Assembly (NCBI GenBank): GCA_963707915.1
Contig: OY970178.1
Location: 2,560,001 to 2,624,000 of the forward strand
Length of the DNA stretch: 64,000 nt
DNA from: Candidatus Eiseniibacteriota bacterium
GTDB taxonomy: Bacteria > Eisenbacteria > RBG-16-71-46
Direction of reading: 5' to 3'
Each line of letters begins with the position of its first letter. Position 1 is the stretch's first letter. Below are positions 62,066 through 64,000 of the stretch, piece after piece. The notes beneath the pieces were generated by a model. It was not told the DNA's origin. It saw only the letters and a program-made list of their open reading frames with translations, and made no database searches. The translations under genes and the position numbers were made by a program.

Positions 62066-63418
62066 ATGATGACGCCCAGGACCGGAGGGGTCGCACTGGC
62101 CGTGGTGCTCGGGGTCTTCCTGCTGCCGGGCCGCGCCCTTGCCGCGAGCGGCGGCCCCGACCTGGCACCGCTGTTGCTGGCCCTGGTGCTGGTGCTGCTC
62201 GGCGCCCGGCTGGGCGGCGCGCTGGCGGAGAAGCTCGGCCAGCCGCCCGTCCTGGGCGAGTTGCTCGCCGGGATCGTCATCGGCAACCTCGGCCTGCTCG
62301 GCTGGCACGGGGCCGACGGCCTGCCCGGGCTCCCCGGCCTCGAGTTACTGGCGCAGATCGGCGTGATCTTCCTGCTCTTCGAGGTGGGGCTCGCCTCGGA
62401 GGTCGGGCAGATGCTCGCGGTGGGCGGCTCGGCGCTGCTGGTGGCGACGCTGGGCGTGATCGCGCCGATCGGTCTCGGTTTCCTGGTCTCGCACGCGTTC
62501 TTCCCGGCGCACCACCCCCTGACCCACTGGTTCGTCGGCGCCACGCTGTGCGCCACCAGCGTGGGCATCACCGCGCGGGTGCTCGCCGACCTGGGGCGCA
62601 CCGGGAGCCGCGAGGGCCGCATCATCCTCGGGGCGGCGGTGATCGACGACGTGCAGGGGCTGCTGGTGCTCGCGGTGATCACGGGCATCATCGATTCGAT
62701 CGCCGGCGGGCGGCCCTTCGGCGCCGGCGCGGCGCTGCTCATCGTGGCGAAGGCGGTCGCGTTCCTGGTGGTCGCGGTCGTCCTCGGCCGCTCGGTCTCG
62801 AGCCGCGTCTTCCGTCTCGGCGCGCACCTGCGCGGGGAGGGCGTGCTGCTCTCCCTGGCGCTGGCCTTCTGCTTCTCCTCCGCGTGGCTCGCGGGGCTGC
62901 TGGGCCTGGCGCCCATCGTCGGCGCCTTCGCCGCCGGGCTCGTGCTGGACGAGGTCCACTACCGCGACCTGCGGGCGCGCGACCGGGCCCAGCGCGACGT
63001 GCAGACGCTGCTCAAGCCGATCTCCACGTTCCTGGTGCCGGTCTTCTTCGTCCTCATGGGGATGCGCGTGGACCTCTCGGTGTTCGGCCGGGCCGGCATC
63101 CTGGGCTTCACCGCCGCGCTCGTCGCGGTCGCGCTGGTGAGCAAGCAGGCCTGCTCCCTGGGCGTGCTGGACCGGGGGACCGACCGGCTGGCGGTGGGGC
63201 TGGGCATGATCCCGCGCGGCGAGGTCGGGCTCATCTTCGCGGGGATCGGGAGCGGGCTGATGATCGGCGCCGAGCGCGTCGTGGACCCGACGATATTCTC
63301 TGCCGTGGTCGCCATGGTCGCCGCGACCACGTTGCTCACACCACCGCTGCTGGCGTGGCGGTTGAGGCGGTTGCCACTCGAGCCCGGATCGACGCAGGGC
63401 GGTCCTTCCGGGGGTTGA
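62066..63418 (+). CDS. CPA2 cation:proton antiporter (NapA-like Na+/H+)
   Basis: QPPVLGELLAG, LLFEVGL, ATSVGIT, AAVIDD, FFVLMG, MIPRGEV. Confidence 0.9.
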   Translation: MMTPRTGGVALAVVLGVFLLPGRALAASGGPDLAPLLLALVLVLLGARLGGALAEKLGQPPVLGELLAGIVIGNLGLLGWHGADGLPGLPGLELLAQIGVIFLLFEVGLASEVGQMLAVGGSALLVATLGVIAPIGLGFLVSHAFFPAHHPLTHWFVGATLCATSVGITARVLADLGRTGSREGRIILGAAVIDDVQGLLVLAVITGIIDSIAGGRPFGAGAALLIVAKAVAFLVVAVVLGRSVSSRVFRLGAHLRGEGVLLSLALAFCFSSAWLAGLLGLAPIVGAFAAGLVLDEVHYRDLRARDRAQRDVQTLLKPISTFLVPVFFVLMGMRVDLSVFGRAGILGFTAALVAVALVSKQACSLGVLDRGTDRLAVGLGMIPRGEVGLIFAGIGSGLMIGAERVVDPTIFSAVVAMVAATTLLTPPLLAWRLRRLPLEPGSTQGGPSGG

Positions 63419-63494
63419 AGACGCGCCGGACCGGGGGCCGCCGGGCTGCTGCCCGCGCGCTCGAGGGCCGGTGAGAAAGGCTGGGGTCGCGAAG

Positions 63495-64000
63495 ATGACC
63501 AACCATGGCGGTCGATCGTTCCGGGGCATCATCTCGTTGCTGGAATGGATCCTGAAGAAGGTCGGGGGGCCCGACGGGTGGCGGCCGGCGGGTGCCATCC
63601 GCGCGCTTCCCCCCTCCGCGCTCGTCTACGACCTGCAGGACGGCCCGCGGGCGGAGGAGGTGTTCCGGATGCTCGCGGTCCTCGGCTTCGACCCCCGGCG
63701 CGTGCCGGTCGACGGCTCGGCGGGGGAGGTCCACGAGACCTGCCGGACGATCTCCCGCGGCACCGAGGACTGCTGGGCCACGTTCGTCCTCGAACCCCTG
63801 GACGAGGCCAACGCCCGGATCCTCGGCCCGGCCTTCCGGCAATTCGCCCACCTGCATCCCGACGTGGTGGCTGTCGTCGTCGGGCCGCTGCCCAGCCGCT
63901 CGGAGATCCTCGACCGCTACCGCCACGTGGTGACGGCGGACGACGGCAGCGTCTCGTCCGACGAGCTCGCCGCGGGCGTGGCTCACGCCAGCGCGGCGCG
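63495..64000 (+). CDS. Hypothetical protein, 3'-truncated (absent from the supplied ORF track)
   Basis: Frame from ATG 63495 (MTNHGGRSFRGIISLLEWILKK...) stays open to the window end with GC-rich third positions. Confidence 0.6.
   Translation, partial: MTNHGGRSFRGIISLLEWILKKVGGPDGWRPAGAIRALPPSALVYDLQDGPRAEEVFRMLAVLGFDPRRVPVDGSAGEVHETCRTISRGTEDCWATFVLEPLDEANARILGPAFRQFAHLHPDVVAVVVGPLPSRSEILDRYRHVVTADDGSVSSDELAAGVAHASAA

Overview
Very GC-rich bacterial chromosomal segment of about 49 protein-coding genes. I recognised no rRNA, tRNA, CRISPR array or mobile element. Two secreted proteases carry FlgD/T9SS-like C-terminal domains, which suggests an FCB-superphylum lineage such as Ca. Eisenbacteria (inference). 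0-22 kb is a minus-strand housekeeping run (mfd, two PPIases, ftsEX-envC, holB, ricT/PSP1, metG, tatD) interrupted by a PDZ-LytS/LytTR two-component pair and a C25 gingipain-like protein that lacks its catalytic His/Cys. 22-44 kb holds OmpA, transporters, a MoxR-(APC permease)-DUF58-BatA operon, an S8 protease, GT-C glycosyltransferases, a small PEP-CTERM protein with a sigma-54 promoter plus enhancer, and nrdJ. The standout is a ~17 kb respiratory island (44.9-61.8 kb). It encodes seven multiheme cytochromes with 79 CxxCH motifs plus one contracted CxCH, and six quinone-interfacing modules: two CbcL-like multiheme/cytochrome b fusions (13 and 19 hemes), an NrfC/NrfD module with no molybdo-subunit, an 18-heme NapC/NrfH-headed protein, and two convergent Rieske-cytochrome b-nonaheme cassettes. 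In the second cassette the cytochrome b has lost both heme bH histidines and has PPWY instead of PEWY. This points to an asymmetric or non-Q-cycle bc-type complex. Heme counts and residue comparisons were done by eye.
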